A stretch of 36,925 nucleotides of DNA, taken from NCBI GenBank assembly GCA_964471855.1, contig CAYYHY010000001.1:7783-44707 (forward strand), written 5' to 3'. Below the pieces are notes generated by a model, which searched no databases, had not been told where the DNA came from, and was given only the letters and a program-made list of their open reading frames with translations. How positions within the stretch are numbered: the stretch's first letter is position 1; each line of letters opens with the position of its first letter. Shown piece by piece: positions 18,789 through 27,737 of this stretch. A program made the translations under genes and the position numbers. This stretch comes from an uncultured Oscillospiraceae bacterium. Lineage in GTDB: Bacteria > Bacillota > Clostridia > Oscillospirales > Oscillospiraceae.

Positions 18789-20684
18789 TCAGATGAAGTC
18801 TTCGAGCTGGGGCTGACCGACGGACTCGATGACCCTCAGCAGCTCCGGTCCGTACTTCTGCGCCACAGCCGGGTCCACTCCCGGCACCTCCGCCAGCTTC
18901 TCCACGGTCCCGGGACGCAGCCAGGCCATGAGGAGCAGGGTCACATTCTCAAGCTGCGCGTACCGGGGCAGATGCTCCCGGGCGGCGATCCGGTCCCGCA
19001 GCTCTGCCAGCTTTCCGGCCAGGTACCTGTCCTCAATCGGGATAAACTCAACACACCGGAAGCCCGGTTTCTTCCCGCTGTCCGGCGCCTGCTGCACCTC
19101 ATCAGGTGGCCGGCGGGCGGGAGCCTTTCTCTGCATGGTGACCTTCCTGCCCCGGAACAGCACTTCCCTGGCCTCCGGTCCCGGGGTCAGCCCCCTGTCC
19201 TCCGGCCGGACCAGGACCAGCCCCTGCTGAATGAGGGCGTCCAGGATCTCCCGCACCTCCCGGGCGGACCGGTCCCGGAGGATCCCGTAGGTGGAGAGGG
19301 TGTCCAGTCTCAGGGCGCGGATCCTCGGCGCCCGGCTCCCCTGGAGCACCTGCATGACGGCGGTCTGGCCCATGCTGCAGTGAAGCAGCCTCTCCATGCG
19401 GATGATGCAGGAGAGCACCCTGCGGGCGTCCTCCGTGATGTCCACTGTCTCCTCCGGGGGATGGCGCCTGCGGCAGTTCCCGCATCTGCCGCACTCCGCC
19501 GGGGCCTCCTCCCCGAAGTAGCGGAGGATGTACCTGCGCAGGCAGCCGGTGGTAAAGCAGTAGCTCTTCATGGCCTCCAGCTGCTCCTCGCCCTGCCGCA
19601 GGATCTGCTGCCGCACGTTCAGGTCCTCCTCCGGGCTGACGGTCTCCGTCTGGGAGATCATCCAGCGGGCGATGCTGATATCCTGGCTGCCGAAGAGCAG
19701 GATGCAGTCTGCGGGGGCGCCGCCCCGTCCGGCCCGGCCCGCCTCCTGGTAGTAGGCCTCCAGACTTTTGGGCATGTTGAAGTGGATCACGTAGTCGATG
19801 TTGCTCTTGTCGATGCCCATGCCGAAGGCGTTGGTGGACACCATCACAGTCTTCCTGTCCTGCTGGAAGTCCTCCTGGTTCTTCCTCCGCTCATCCAGCT
19901 CCAGCGTGCCGTGGTAGCGGGTGGCTGAGAACCCGTTGAGCAGGAGAGTGCAGCACACGTCATCCACCGCCTCGCGGGTGGAGCAGTAAATGATGCCGCT
20001 GTGTCCCTTCCGCTCCTGCACCAGACTGACCACGGTCTTCATCTTGTCCTTGGGGAACATCACATCGAAGAAGAGGTTGGGCCGGTCAAACCCGGTCACC
20101 TTAACCAGGGGGTCCTGCAGCCCCAGCAGGTTCCGGATGTCATCCTGCACCGCCCGGGTCGCCGTGGCCGTATAGGCGGTAACCACCGGCCGCCGGGGCA
20201 GGGACTTCACAAACTCCGGGATCCGCCGGTAGCTGGGCCGGAAGTCATGACCCCACTGGGAGATGCAGTGGGCCTCGTCCACCGTCAGCTGGACGATGTT
20301 CAGGCTGCGCAGGAAATCCGCCGTGCGGCCCAGCTGCAGCCGCTCCGGCGCAATATAGACGATCCGGACCGAACCCCTTGAAATCTCCGAGAGGACCTCC
20401 CGGTACTCATTCAGGTTCAGGGTGCTGTTGAGGTAGACAGCGCCGATCCCCTTCTGCTGCAGGGCTGTCACCTGGTCCTTCATGAGGGAGATCAGGGGGG
20501 AGATCACCAGGGTCACCCCCTGGAGGATCAGGGCGGGGATCTGGTAGCACAGGGACTTGCCGCCCCCGGTGGGCATGACGCCCAGCACATCCCGGCCGGA
20601 CAGGACCGCCTCGATGAGCTCCTCCTGACCCGGGTGAAAGCTGTCGTAGCCGAAGTACTTCTTCAGCACGGCCCGCCTGTTCAA
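18789..20684 (-). CDS. recQ: DNA helicase RecQ
   Basis: MPTGGGKSLCYQ, DEAHCISQWGHDFRP, TATAT, AFGMGIDK, YYQEAGRAGR, Zn-binding Cys, winged-helix and HRDC-like C-terminus. Probable TTG start at 20684. Confidence 0.95.
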   Translation of the reverse strand: MNRRAVLKKYFGYDSFHPGQEELIEAVLSGRDVLGVMPTGGGKSLCYQIPALILQGVTLVISPLISLMKDQVTALQQKGIGAVYLNSTLNLNEYREVLSEISRGSVRIVYIAPERLQLGRTADFLRSLNIVQLTVDEAHCISQWGHDFRPSYRRIPEFVKSLPRRPVVTAYTATATRAVQDDIRNLLGLQDPLVKVTGFDRPNLFFDVMFPKDKMKTVVSLVQERKGHSGIIYCSTREAVDDVCCTLLLNGFSATRYHGTLELDERRKNQEDFQQDRKTVMVSTNAFGMGIDKSNIDYVIHFNMPKSLEAYYQEAGRAGRGGAPADCILLFGSQDISIARWMISQTETVSPEEDLNVRQQILRQGEEQLEAMKSYCFTTGCLRRYILRYFGEEAPAECGRCGNCRRRHPPEETVDITEDARRVLSCIIRMERLLHCSMGQTAVMQVLQGSRAPRIRALRLDTLSTYGILRDRSAREVREILDALIQQGLVLVRPEDRGLTPGPEAREVLFRGRKVTMQRKAPARRPPDEVQQAPDSGKKPGFRCVEFIPIEDRYLAGKLAELRDRIAAREHLPRYAQLENVTLLLMAWLRPGTVEKLAEVPGVDPAVAQKYGPELLRVIESVGQPQLEDFI

Positions 20685-20743
20685 CTCTCTCACCCCCCTG
20701 CAGACAGAGCCGTACCGGTTCCCAGCCGGTACGGCCCGAACGT

Positions 20744-21124
20744 TCATCTGTCGTGCTTCGCGGCCTCGATGGCCTCCCGCTCGCTCCGGAGGTTTTCGTA
20801 CAGCTTCAGGCTGTCCCACTCCGCATTGGTCTCCGTCAGGACTGCCATCATGAGCTCGGCCGGGGGATTTGCCCGGCGCACCACCAGCGCCACCTGGTGC
20901 ACCAGCTCGCCGCCCATGCCGCAGAACACAACCACAGGCGTGCTGAAGGTCTCCCCGGGCTCCCCCGGTTCCCCTCTGCCGGCGGCCAGCTGCCCAAGGG
21001 GCACGTGGTACTTCTCAGGGGGTACCGCCCGCATGAGAATGTGCAGCTTTGCAAGGCACTGCTTCATGACCGAGAAGGCCGGTCCCGAGCAGTTGTACAG
21101 GAGCGCGGTTCCGCTTCTGTTCAT
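20744..21124 (-). CDS. DUF3783 domain protein
   Basis: [10 protein letters not shown]...[11 protein letters not shown]-terminal motif. ATGA overlap with nrdR. Confidence 0.75.
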   Translation of the reverse strand: MNRSGTALLYNCSGPAFSVMKQCLAKLHILMRAVPPEKYHVPLGQLAAGRGEPGEPGETFSTPVVVFCGMGGELVHQVALVVRRANPPAELMMAVLTETNAEWDSLKLYENLRSEREAIEAAKHDR

Positions 21125-21588
21125 CCGTTTTCGCCTCCAATGTCACGGAACTGTGACAGTTCCTCCAGGAAGGAATCCACATCCTTGAACTGCCGGTAGA
21201 CAGATGCAAAGCGGATATACGCCACCTGGTCAATCTTCTTCAGCCGCTCCAGCACCATGTCGCCGATCCGTGCGGAGGATACCTCCCGGCACAGCTCGTT
21301 CTGGAGGGTCTGCTCTATCTCGGAGACAATGCCGTCCAGGGCGCCGTAGGGCACCGGGCGCTTCTCGCAGGCGCGGATGAGACCGGCCAGGATCTTGCTG
21401 CGGTCAAAGTTCTGGCAGCTTCCATCCTTCTTCAGCACCATCAGGGGCATGTTCTCCACCGTCTCGTAGGTGGTAAACCGCCGGTGGCAGTAGAGACACT
21501 CCCGTCTGCGGCGGATGCTGGCCCCCTCATCCGAGGGGCGGGAATCCACAACTTTGCTCTCCGGGCGGGAACAGTAGGGACATTTCAT
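21121..21588 (-). CDS. nrdR: Transcriptional repressor NrdR
   Basis: [31 protein letters not shown]-cone, [23 protein letters not shown]. Confidence 0.97.
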   Translation of the reverse strand: MKCPYCSRPESKVVDSRPSDEGASIRRRRECLYCHRRFTTYETVENMPLMVLKKDGSCQNFDRSKILAGLIRACEKRPVPYGALDGIVSEIEQTLQNELCREVSSARIGDMVLERLKKIDQVAYIRFASVYRQFKDVDSFLEELSQFRDIGGENG

Positions 21589-21630
21589 TCGGACCACCTC
21601 CAGTGTGGACAGGGAAACAGCGGCTGCATT

Positions 21631-21639
21631 GATTCGCCT
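21631..21639 (-). promoter_or_regulatory. Extended -10 promoter of the nrdR operon
   Basis: TGGTATAAT on the minus strand; no clear -35. Confidence 0.55.
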
Positions 21640-21765
21640 GATTATACCATGTGGCATGCTTTTTGGATACCCCGAAACTGCAAATTCTGACAGAATTTAC
21701 AGGCCAGCCCGGTTTCCAGAGCCGATTTTCGGGAATCTGCAGAGGCGGTTTTCCCCTCTCCGCTC

Positions 21766-21794
21766 TTGCGCGGAGGAGCCGGCCGGTCTATAAT
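21766..21794 (+). promoter_or_regulatory. Sigma-A promoter of purF
   Basis: TTGCGC-17 bp-TATAAT. Confidence 0.7.
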
Positions 21795-21866
21795 ACGGGG
21801 GCAGACAACGGTGCCGCACCAGGGTGCCGCTGTCTCTTTTTCTGCTTATTAAGGGGGTCATCCCAT

Positions 21867-23261
21867 ATGGATCAGGAAATGCAGCTGGACCTGCCGGACC
21901 GGGGGCTCCATGAGGAGTGCGGGGTGTTCGGCATCAGCGACCCCGCCGGGGGCTGCGCCCACACCGTGTGCAGCGGTCTGTACGCCCTCCAGCACAGGGG
22001 GCAGGAGGCCTGCGGCATTGCAGCCATCACCGACCGGGAGCAGTCCTACCACAAGGACTGCGGGCTTGTCAGCGAGGTCTTCACCCGGGAGATCCTGGAC
22101 AGCCTGGGGGGCACCATGGCCGTGGGCCATGTGCGCTACGGCACCACCGGCAGCGGCGGCCGGGAGAACGCCCAGCCCCTGACCATCAAGTATGTCAAGG
22201 GCACCCTGGCTGTGGTCCACAACGGGAACCTGACCGGGGTGGACCGGCTGCGCCGGTATTTTGAATACAGGGGCGCCATCTTCCACACCACCAGCGACTC
22301 GGAGCTCATCGCCTACGCCATCGCCCAGGAGCGGCTCCGCTGCGGCAGCGTGGAGGACGCGGTGACCAGGGCCGCCGCCGGTCTGCGGGGGGCCTTCTCC
22401 CTGCTGGTCATGTCCCCCCAGAAGCTCATCGCCTGCCGGGACCCCTGGGGCTTCCGGCCCCTGTGCATGGGCCGCAGGGGAGATGCCGTGATCTTCGCCT
22501 CCGAGTCCTGCGCCATCGAGGCGGTGGGAGGCCGGCTGGAGCGGGAACTGGACCCCGGGGAGATCGTGGTGGTCTGCAGAGGGGAGGTCCGCTCCATCCG
22601 GGACAACTGCCGGGGCCTGTCCCACATGTGCATCTTCGAGTACATCTACTTTGCCCGCCCCGACTCCGTCATCTGCGGCCAGTCCGTCCACGAGGCCAGA
22701 ATGAACGCAGGCCGGCTGCTGGCCCGCCAGGCCCCCGTGGATGCGGACGTGGTCATCGGCGTCCCCGACTCCGGTCTGGACGCGGCCCGGGGCTACGCCC
22801 TGGAGAGCGGCATCCCCAATGCCATGGGCTTCATCAAGAACAGATACGTGGGCCGCACCTTCATCACCCCGGACCAGAGGAGCCGGGAGCAGGCGGTGCG
22901 CATCAAGCTCTCCGTCCTGCGCTCCGAGGTGGAGGGGAAGCGGGTCATCCTGGTGGACGACTCCATCGTCCGGGGCACCACCTGCAGCCTGATCATCAGC
23001 CTGCTCCGGGAGGCGGGGGCTGCGGAGGTGCACATGAAGGTCACGGCGCCCCCCTTCATCGCCCCCTGCTACTTCGGCACCGATATCCCGGACAAGGACA
23101 GCCTCATCGCCTGCAGATGCACCATCCAGGAGATCGAGGCCCGGACGGGGGCGGACAGCCTCACCTACCTCTCCCTGGAGAACCTGCGGCGCATCGCCCC
23201 GGACGCCCGCTGCGGATTCTGCGAGGGCTGCTTCACGGAGCAGTATCCCCTGGAGGTCTGA
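21867..23261 (+). CDS. purF: Amidophosphoribosyltransferase
   Basis: Propeptide then EE-CGVFG, LQHRGQE, GHVRY, HNGNL, CIFEYIYFARPDS, VDDSIVRGTT, Fe-S Cys (PCYFG, CEGC). Confidence 0.97.
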   Translation: MDQEMQLDLPDRGLHEECGVFGISDPAGGCAHTVCSGLYALQHRGQEACGIAAITDREQSYHKDCGLVSEVFTREILDSLGGTMAVGHVRYGTTGSGGRENAQPLTIKYVKGTLAVVHNGNLTGVDRLRRYFEYRGAIFHTTSDSELIAYAIAQERLRCGSVEDAVTRAAAGLRGAFSLLVMSPQKLIACRDPWGFRPLCMGRRGDAVIFASESCAIEAVGGRLERELDPGEIVVVCRGEVRSIRDNCRGLSHMCIFEYIYFARPDSVICGQSVHEARMNAGRLLARQAPVDADVVIGVPDSGLDAARGYALESGIPNAMGFIKNRYVGRTFITPDQRSREQAVRIKLSVLRSEVEGKRVILVDDSIVRGTTCSLIISLLREAGAAEVHMKVTAPPFIAPCYFGTDIPDKDSLIACRCTIQEIEARTGADSLTYLSLENLRRIAPDARCGFCEGCFTEQYPLEV

Positions 23262-23296
23262 GCCGGTCCGGCGGCCCCATTTTTCCTCCCCGGCGG

Positions 23297-23325
23297 TTGC
23301 AAACCTGCCGCTGTCCATGTAAAAT
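23297..23325 (+). promoter_or_regulatory. Sigma-A promoter of gltX
   Basis: TTGCAA-17 bp-TAAAAT. Confidence 0.65.
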
Positions 23326-23364
23326 TGCACCCGGAAACCAGCAGCAAAGGAGCATGATGGATTC

Positions 23365-24846
23365 ATGGACATGAGCTATTTTCAGGAGATGGAGGCCAGG
23401 ATTCCGAAAGGGAAGGTCCGCACCCGCTTCGCCCCCTCTCCTACCGGATACATGCACGTAGGCAACCTGCGCACCGCCCTGTACACCTGGCTGATCGCCC
23501 GCAGCGCGGGGGGAACCTTCATCCTCCGCATCGAGGACACGGACCAGAACCGGCAGGTGGAGGGGGCGGCAGACGTGATCTTCCGCACCCTGGCGGAGTG
23601 CCGCCTGGACCACGACGAGGGACCCGACGTGGGAGGTCCCGTGGGTCCCTACATCCAGTCCCAGCGCCGGGACATCTACGGCCGGTACGCCCGGCTGCTG
23701 GTGGATCTGGGTCACGCCTACTACTGCTTCTGCGAGAAGACGGAATCCGGAGAGGACTCCGGGGAGTTCACCCGCACCGCCGACCCCTGCCGCAGCCTCA
23801 CCCCGGAGGAGGTGCAGGCCCGCCTGGACGCCGGGGATCCCTATGTAATCCGCCAGAAGATCCCGGAGGAGGGCACCACCACCTTCCATGACGCCATCTT
23901 CGGGGACATCACCGTGGAGAACTCCGCCCTGGACGACCAGGTGCTGCTGAAGCGGGACGGTCTTCCCACCTACAACTTCGCAAATGTCATCGACGACCAC
24001 CTGATGGGCATCACCCATGTGGTGCGGGGCAGCGAGTACCTCTCCTCCGCCCCCAAGTATGACCTCCTCTACCGGGCCTTCGGCTGGGAGGTTCCCGTCT
24101 ATGTCCACTGCTCCCCCGTCATGCGGGACGCCAGGAACAAGATGTCCAAGCGCCACGGGGACCCCTCCTACGAGGACCTGAAGGACCAGGGCTACCTCAC
24201 GGAGGCCATCCTCAACTACGTGGCCCTGCTGGGCTGGTCCCCCCGGGGGGAGCAGGCGGAGCAGGAGATCTTCTCCCTGGAGGAGCTGGCGGAGTCCTTC
24301 GACATCGCCGGCATCTCCAAGTCCCCCGCCATCTTTGACATTGAGAAGCTGACCCACTTCAACGCCCTCTACATCCGGGCCATGAGTCCGGAGCAGTTTG
24401 CCGCCGCCGCAGAGCCCTACATCCGCCGCAGCATAAAGAATCCCCGTACGGACACCGCCGCCGTGGCGGCCCTGCTGCAGGCCCGCTGCGAGCGCCTCAC
24501 GGACATCCCGGAGAAGGTGGACTTCTTCGACGCCCTCCCGGACTATGATGCGGGTCTGTTTACAAACAAAAAGTCAAAGACGAACCCGGAGGTCTCCCGC
24601 CGCATGCTGGAGGCGGCCATTCCCATGCTGGAGAAGCTCCCGGACTGGACCCAGGAGGGCATCCACGACGGGCTCGTCAGCCTGGCGGCGGAGCTGGGGG
24701 TGAAGAACGCCACCCTCATGTGGCCGGTCCGCATTGCCGTCTCCGGCAGAGCCGTCACCCCCGGAGGGGCGGTGGAGATCTGCCGCATCCTGGGCCGGGA
24801 GGAGACCCTGCGCCGCCTGGGTCTGGGGCTGGAGAAGCTGACCTGA
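23365..24846 (+). CDS. gltX: Glutamate--tRNA ligase
   Basis: RTRFAPSPTGYMHVGN, LRIEDTD, THVVRG, KMSKR, anticodon-binding C-terminus. Confidence 0.97.
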   Translation: MDMSYFQEMEARIPKGKVRTRFAPSPTGYMHVGNLRTALYTWLIARSAGGTFILRIEDTDQNRQVEGAADVIFRTLAECRLDHDEGPDVGGPVGPYIQSQRRDIYGRYARLLVDLGHAYYCFCEKTESGEDSGEFTRTADPCRSLTPEEVQARLDAGDPYVIRQKIPEEGTTTFHDAIFGDITVENSALDDQVLLKRDGLPTYNFANVIDDHLMGITHVVRGSEYLSSAPKYDLLYRAFGWEVPVYVHCSPVMRDARNKMSKRHGDPSYEDLKDQGYLTEAILNYVALLGWSPRGEQAEQEIFSLEELAESFDIAGISKSPAIFDIEKLTHFNALYIRAMSPEQFAAAAEPYIRRSIKNPRTDTAAVAALLQARCERLTDIPEKVDFFDALPDYDAGLFTNKKSKTNPEVSRRMLEAAIPMLEKLPDWTQEGIHDGLVSLAAELGVKNATLMWPVRIAVSGRAVTPGGAVEICRILGREETLRRLGLGLEKLT

Positions 24847-24862
24847 CAGACAGAAAAAACAT

Positions 24863-24899
24863 GCCGCGCAGCGGGAACCTGCCCGCCTGCGCGGCTTTT
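24863..24899 (+). terminator. Terminator of gltX
   Basis: GCCGCGCAG-CGGG...CCCG-C-CTGCGCGGC-TTTT. A second hairpin at 24917-24953 may serve khpA. Confidence 0.65.
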
Positions 24900-24971
24900 C
24901 CATGCTGAGAAGGAGGAACGGACCGGAACCGCCTGCGGCAGCCCCGGTCCGTTTCAAACCCGTGCGGAACG

Positions 24972-25202
24972 TCAGTCCACAATCTCCACCGTGACATGCT
25001 GCCCCTTCCTCTGGGCCACAGAGCGGATGAGGGTGCGGATTTCCTTGGCAATGCGGCCCTGGCGGCCGATCACCTTGCCCATGTCCTCAGGTGCCACGTG
25101 AAGTTCCAGCACGGTCTCCCCGCCGCTCACAGACTCGGTGACAGACACCTGATCCGGGTGCTCCACCAGATTCTGGGCGACGTAGGTCAGAAGCTCTTTC
25201 AT
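24972..25202 (-). CDS. khpA: KH-domain RNA-binding protein KhpA (YlqC)
   Basis: DMGKVIGRQGRIAKEIRT; directly downstream of rpsP. Confidence 0.95.
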   Translation of the reverse strand: MKELLTYVAQNLVEHPDQVSVTESVSGGETVLELHVAPEDMGKVIGRQGRIAKEIRTLIRSVAQRKGQHVTVEIVD

Positions 25203-25217
25203 GCCAAACCTCCCGAC

Positions 25218-25457
25218 TCAGATGGCGCCGGCTTTCTTCAGCAGGGCGCGGACAGTCTCGGTGGGCTGGGCGCCGGTCTTGATCCATGCCTGAGCACGGT
25301 CGTTGTCCACCTTCAGCTCAGCGGGGTCGGCTGCAGGGTTGTAGTAACCGATCTCCTCGATGAAGCGGCCGTCACGGGGATACCGGGAATCCGCCACTAC
25401 GATGCGGTAGAAGGGAGTCTTCTTGGCGCCCATGCGGCGCAGTCTGATCTTGACCAT
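25218..25457 (-). CDS. rpsP: 30S ribosomal protein S16
   Basis: [37 protein letters not shown]. Confidence 0.98.
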   Translation of the reverse strand: MVKIRLRRMGAKKTPFYRIVVADSRYPRDGRFIEEIGYYNPAADPAELKVDNDRAQAWIKTGAQPTETVRALLKKAGAI

Positions 25458-25533
25458 AATATCTTCACCTCCATAAGAATTTCGTACAGTATGGAAAACA
25501 CCTGGAATGTGTCTGCCAGCGTTTGTTTCCGCC

Positions 25534-25800
25534 CTATGCGGCGACAGGCATCACCAGTGCGGCGATCAGGCCGCCGGCGATGAGGGCGACCCCCAGGATC
25601 CGCATGATCAGGGAGGTCCGCTCCCCGAACCTCTTTTCAATAAACTCAGGGGCCACGGGGTGCATGACAAAGAACAGCCCGAAGAGGGTCCAGCCGATGG
25701 CGACGGGATACCGCAGGCCATTGCGGATGGCCAGGATATAGGCAAAGAACATCAGTACGCCGCCGGCTACCATCTGTTCGGCAAAAGTAAAGGGTCTCAT
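25534..25800 (-). CDS. Hypothetical small membrane protein (about 3 TM helices)
   Basis: 88 aa with three hydrophobic segments; starts 3 nt after the ffh stop and fills the ffh-rpsP gap. Confidence 0.7.
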   Translation of the reverse strand: MRPFTFAEQMVAGGVLMFFAYILAIRNGLRYPVAIGWTLFGLFFVMHPVAPEFIEKRFGERTSLIMRILGVALIAGGLIAALVMPVAA

Positions 25801-25803
25801 GGC

Positions 25804-27183
25804 TCAGAAGGGCAGACCGGGGATGCTCATGGTTCCCGTTCCGCCTCTGCGCCCCTTCTTGCCCATAAGTTTGCGCATGCTCTTGGGAATCTTTCCTCCG
25901 GCGAACTGCTTGGTCATGACCTGAAGCATCTCGTACTGTTTCAGCAGCATGTTGACATCTGACACCTTCGTTCCGGATCCTGCCGCGATGCGGCGCTTGC
26001 GGCTGGAGTTGAGCAGCTTGGGGTCCTCCCGCTCCGCCGGCGTCATGGAGAGAATGATGGCCTCCATCTGCGTCATGAAGCTGTCGTTCAGGTCCGTATC
26101 CTCCAGGTCCGAGGCCTTGATGCCCGGGAGCATGGCGGCGATGTCCTGAATGGAGCCCATCTCCTTCAGCTTCAGCATCTGCTCGTAGAAGTCATTGAGG
26201 GTAAACCTGTTTTTCCGCAGCTTCTCCCGCAGCTCCAGAGCCTGCTGCTGGTCGTAGCTCTGCTCCGCCTTCTCGATGAGGGAGAGCATGTCCCCCATGC
26301 CCAGGATGCGGCTGGCCATGCGCTCGGGGTGGAAGACTTCGATCTGGTCCAGCTTCTCCCCCATGCCCACGAACTTGATGCTCTTGCCGGTAACCGCCTT
26401 GATGGAGAGGGCCGCGCCGCCCCGGGCGTCGCCGTCCAGCTTGGTCAGCACCACGCCGGTAATGTCCAGGGCGTCATCAAAGGCCTTGGCCGCGGTGACC
26501 GCGTCCTGGCCGATCATGGCGTCCACCACCAGCAGGATCTCCGTGGGATCCACGGCGGCCTTGATGGCCTTCAGCTCCTCCATGAGTTCCTCGTCGATGT
26601 GGAGCCGGCCGGCGGTGTCCAGGAACACCATGTCGTTGCCGTGCTTCTTCGCGTGCTCGATGGACGCCTTCGCGATCTCCACCGGGTCCTCCTGGCCCAT
26701 CTGGAACACGGGGATGTCCAGCTGACCGCCCACCACCTCCAGCTGTCTGATGGCAGCGGGCCGGTATACGTCGCAGGCCACCAGCAGGGGCCGCTTGCCG
26801 CTCTTCTTCATGAGCCCGGCCAGCTTCGCAGCATTGGTTGTCTTGCCTGCGCCCTGGAGACCGGCCATCATCACCACCGTGGGGGGCTTTGAGGCGATGG
26901 TCAGCCTGGCGGCGGTGCCGCCCATGAGGTCGGTGAGCTCCTGGTTGACGATCTTGACGATCATCTGGGCCGGAGACAGCGCCTCCAGCACGTCTGCGCC
27001 GACTGCCTTCTCTGTGACCTGGGCCACGAACTGCTTGACAACCTTGTAGCTGACGTCAGCCTCCAGGAGCGCCAGGCGGATTTCCCGCATGGCCTCCTTT
27101 ACATCCGCCTCGGTCAGTCTGCCCTTGCCCCGCAGCTTTTTGAAGGCGGCGCTGAGTTTCTCGGTCAGTCCTTCAAAAGCCAT
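25804..27183 (-). CDS. ffh: Signal recognition particle protein
   Basis: ALLEADV, GLQGAGKTT, DTAGR, TKLDGDARGG, RILGMGD, Met-rich M domain. Confidence 0.98.
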   Translation of the reverse strand: MAFEGLTEKLSAAFKKLRGKGRLTEADVKEAMREIRLALLEADVSYKVVKQFVAQVTEKAVGADVLEALSPAQMIVKIVNQELTDLMGGTAARLTIASKPPTVVMMAGLQGAGKTTNAAKLAGLMKKSGKRPLLVACDVYRPAAIRQLEVVGGQLDIPVFQMGQEDPVEIAKASIEHAKKHGNDMVFLDTAGRLHIDEELMEELKAIKAAVDPTEILLVVDAMIGQDAVTAAKAFDDALDITGVVLTKLDGDARGGAALSIKAVTGKSIKFVGMGEKLDQIEVFHPERMASRILGMGDMLSLIEKAEQSYDQQQALELREKLRKNRFTLNDFYEQMLKLKEMGSIQDIAAMLPGIKASDLEDTDLNDSFMTQMEAIILSMTPAEREDPKLLNSSRKRRIAAGSGTKVSDVNMLLKQYEMLQVMTKQFAGGKIPKSMRKLMGKKGRRGGTGTMSIPGLPF

Positions 27184-27187
27184 ACAG

Positions 27188-27553
27188 CTACTCCTTCAGC
27201 AGAGTCTCGATCTCCTCCCGCATCCTGCGGGCCAGGGAGTCCAGCTCCTCGTCCTCATAGCGGTCTGACAGGGCCGACAGCTTCTCCGCATCCTTCTGCA
27301 GCTCCAGAAGCTGGCTGCGCATGGTGTGGAACCGCCTGATCAGTCCCGTCTTGTCCTCCAGATCGGTGAGGATCTTCTCCGCCCGGACGATCACGTCCCG
27401 GACGCCCTGGCGGGTGATGCTGTAGTTCTCCGCAATCTCCCCCAGGGACAGGTCCTCGTTGTAGTAGAGGTCGTAGAACTCCTTCTGACGCTCCGTCAGA
27501 ACCTCGCCGTAGAAATCGTACAGCATGGTCATCCGGTAGGCCTGGCTCTTCAA
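27188..27553 (-). CDS. ylxM: YlxM family (UPF0122) DNA-binding/SRP-associated protein
   Basis: LYDFYGEVLTERQ, YYNEDLSLGEIAE, TRQGVRD; immediately upstream of ffh. Confidence 0.94.
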   Translation of the reverse strand: MKSQAYRMTMLYDFYGEVLTERQKEFYDLYYNEDLSLGEIAENYSITRQGVRDVIVRAEKILTDLEDKTGLIRRFHTMRSQLLELQKDAEKLSALSDRYEDEELDSLARRMREEIETLLKE

Positions 27554-27604
27554 GTTCCCCCGCCTCCCTGTGTGGTTTGTAAAGCCCCGCGGCTTTACCG
27601 GGAG

Positions 27605-27634
27605 AGTTTAGCACAGCCCGCCCGCTCCTGTCAA
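27605..27634 (-). promoter_or_regulatory. Sigma-A promoter of ylxM-ffh
   Basis: TTGACA-18 bp-TAAACT with extended TG. Confidence 0.65.
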
Positions 27635-27681
27635 GCGGAACTGCCTGCCATCTTCCGAAGTTTTTCCCGTTCCCGGGAAAG

Positions 27682-27716
27682 AAAAACAGCCCGCCGGAAG
27701 GAGGTCCGGCGGACTG
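27682..27716 (-). terminator. Intrinsic terminator of the 27738-28247 gene
   Basis: Minus strand CAGTCCGCCGGA...TCCGGCGGGCTG-TTTTT. Confidence 0.75.
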
Positions 27717-27737
27717 CAGAATATATGAATCCGGGAT

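Noticed and set aside
21668-21733. Possible PurR PurBoxes (CGAA / TTCG cores) upstream of purF
   Set aside because: The flanks match poorly and the spacing is about twice that of the B. subtilis paired boxes.
23262-23364. T-box leader for gltX
   Set aside because: The spacer is only about 100 nt, has its own promoter and lacks the T-box consensus.
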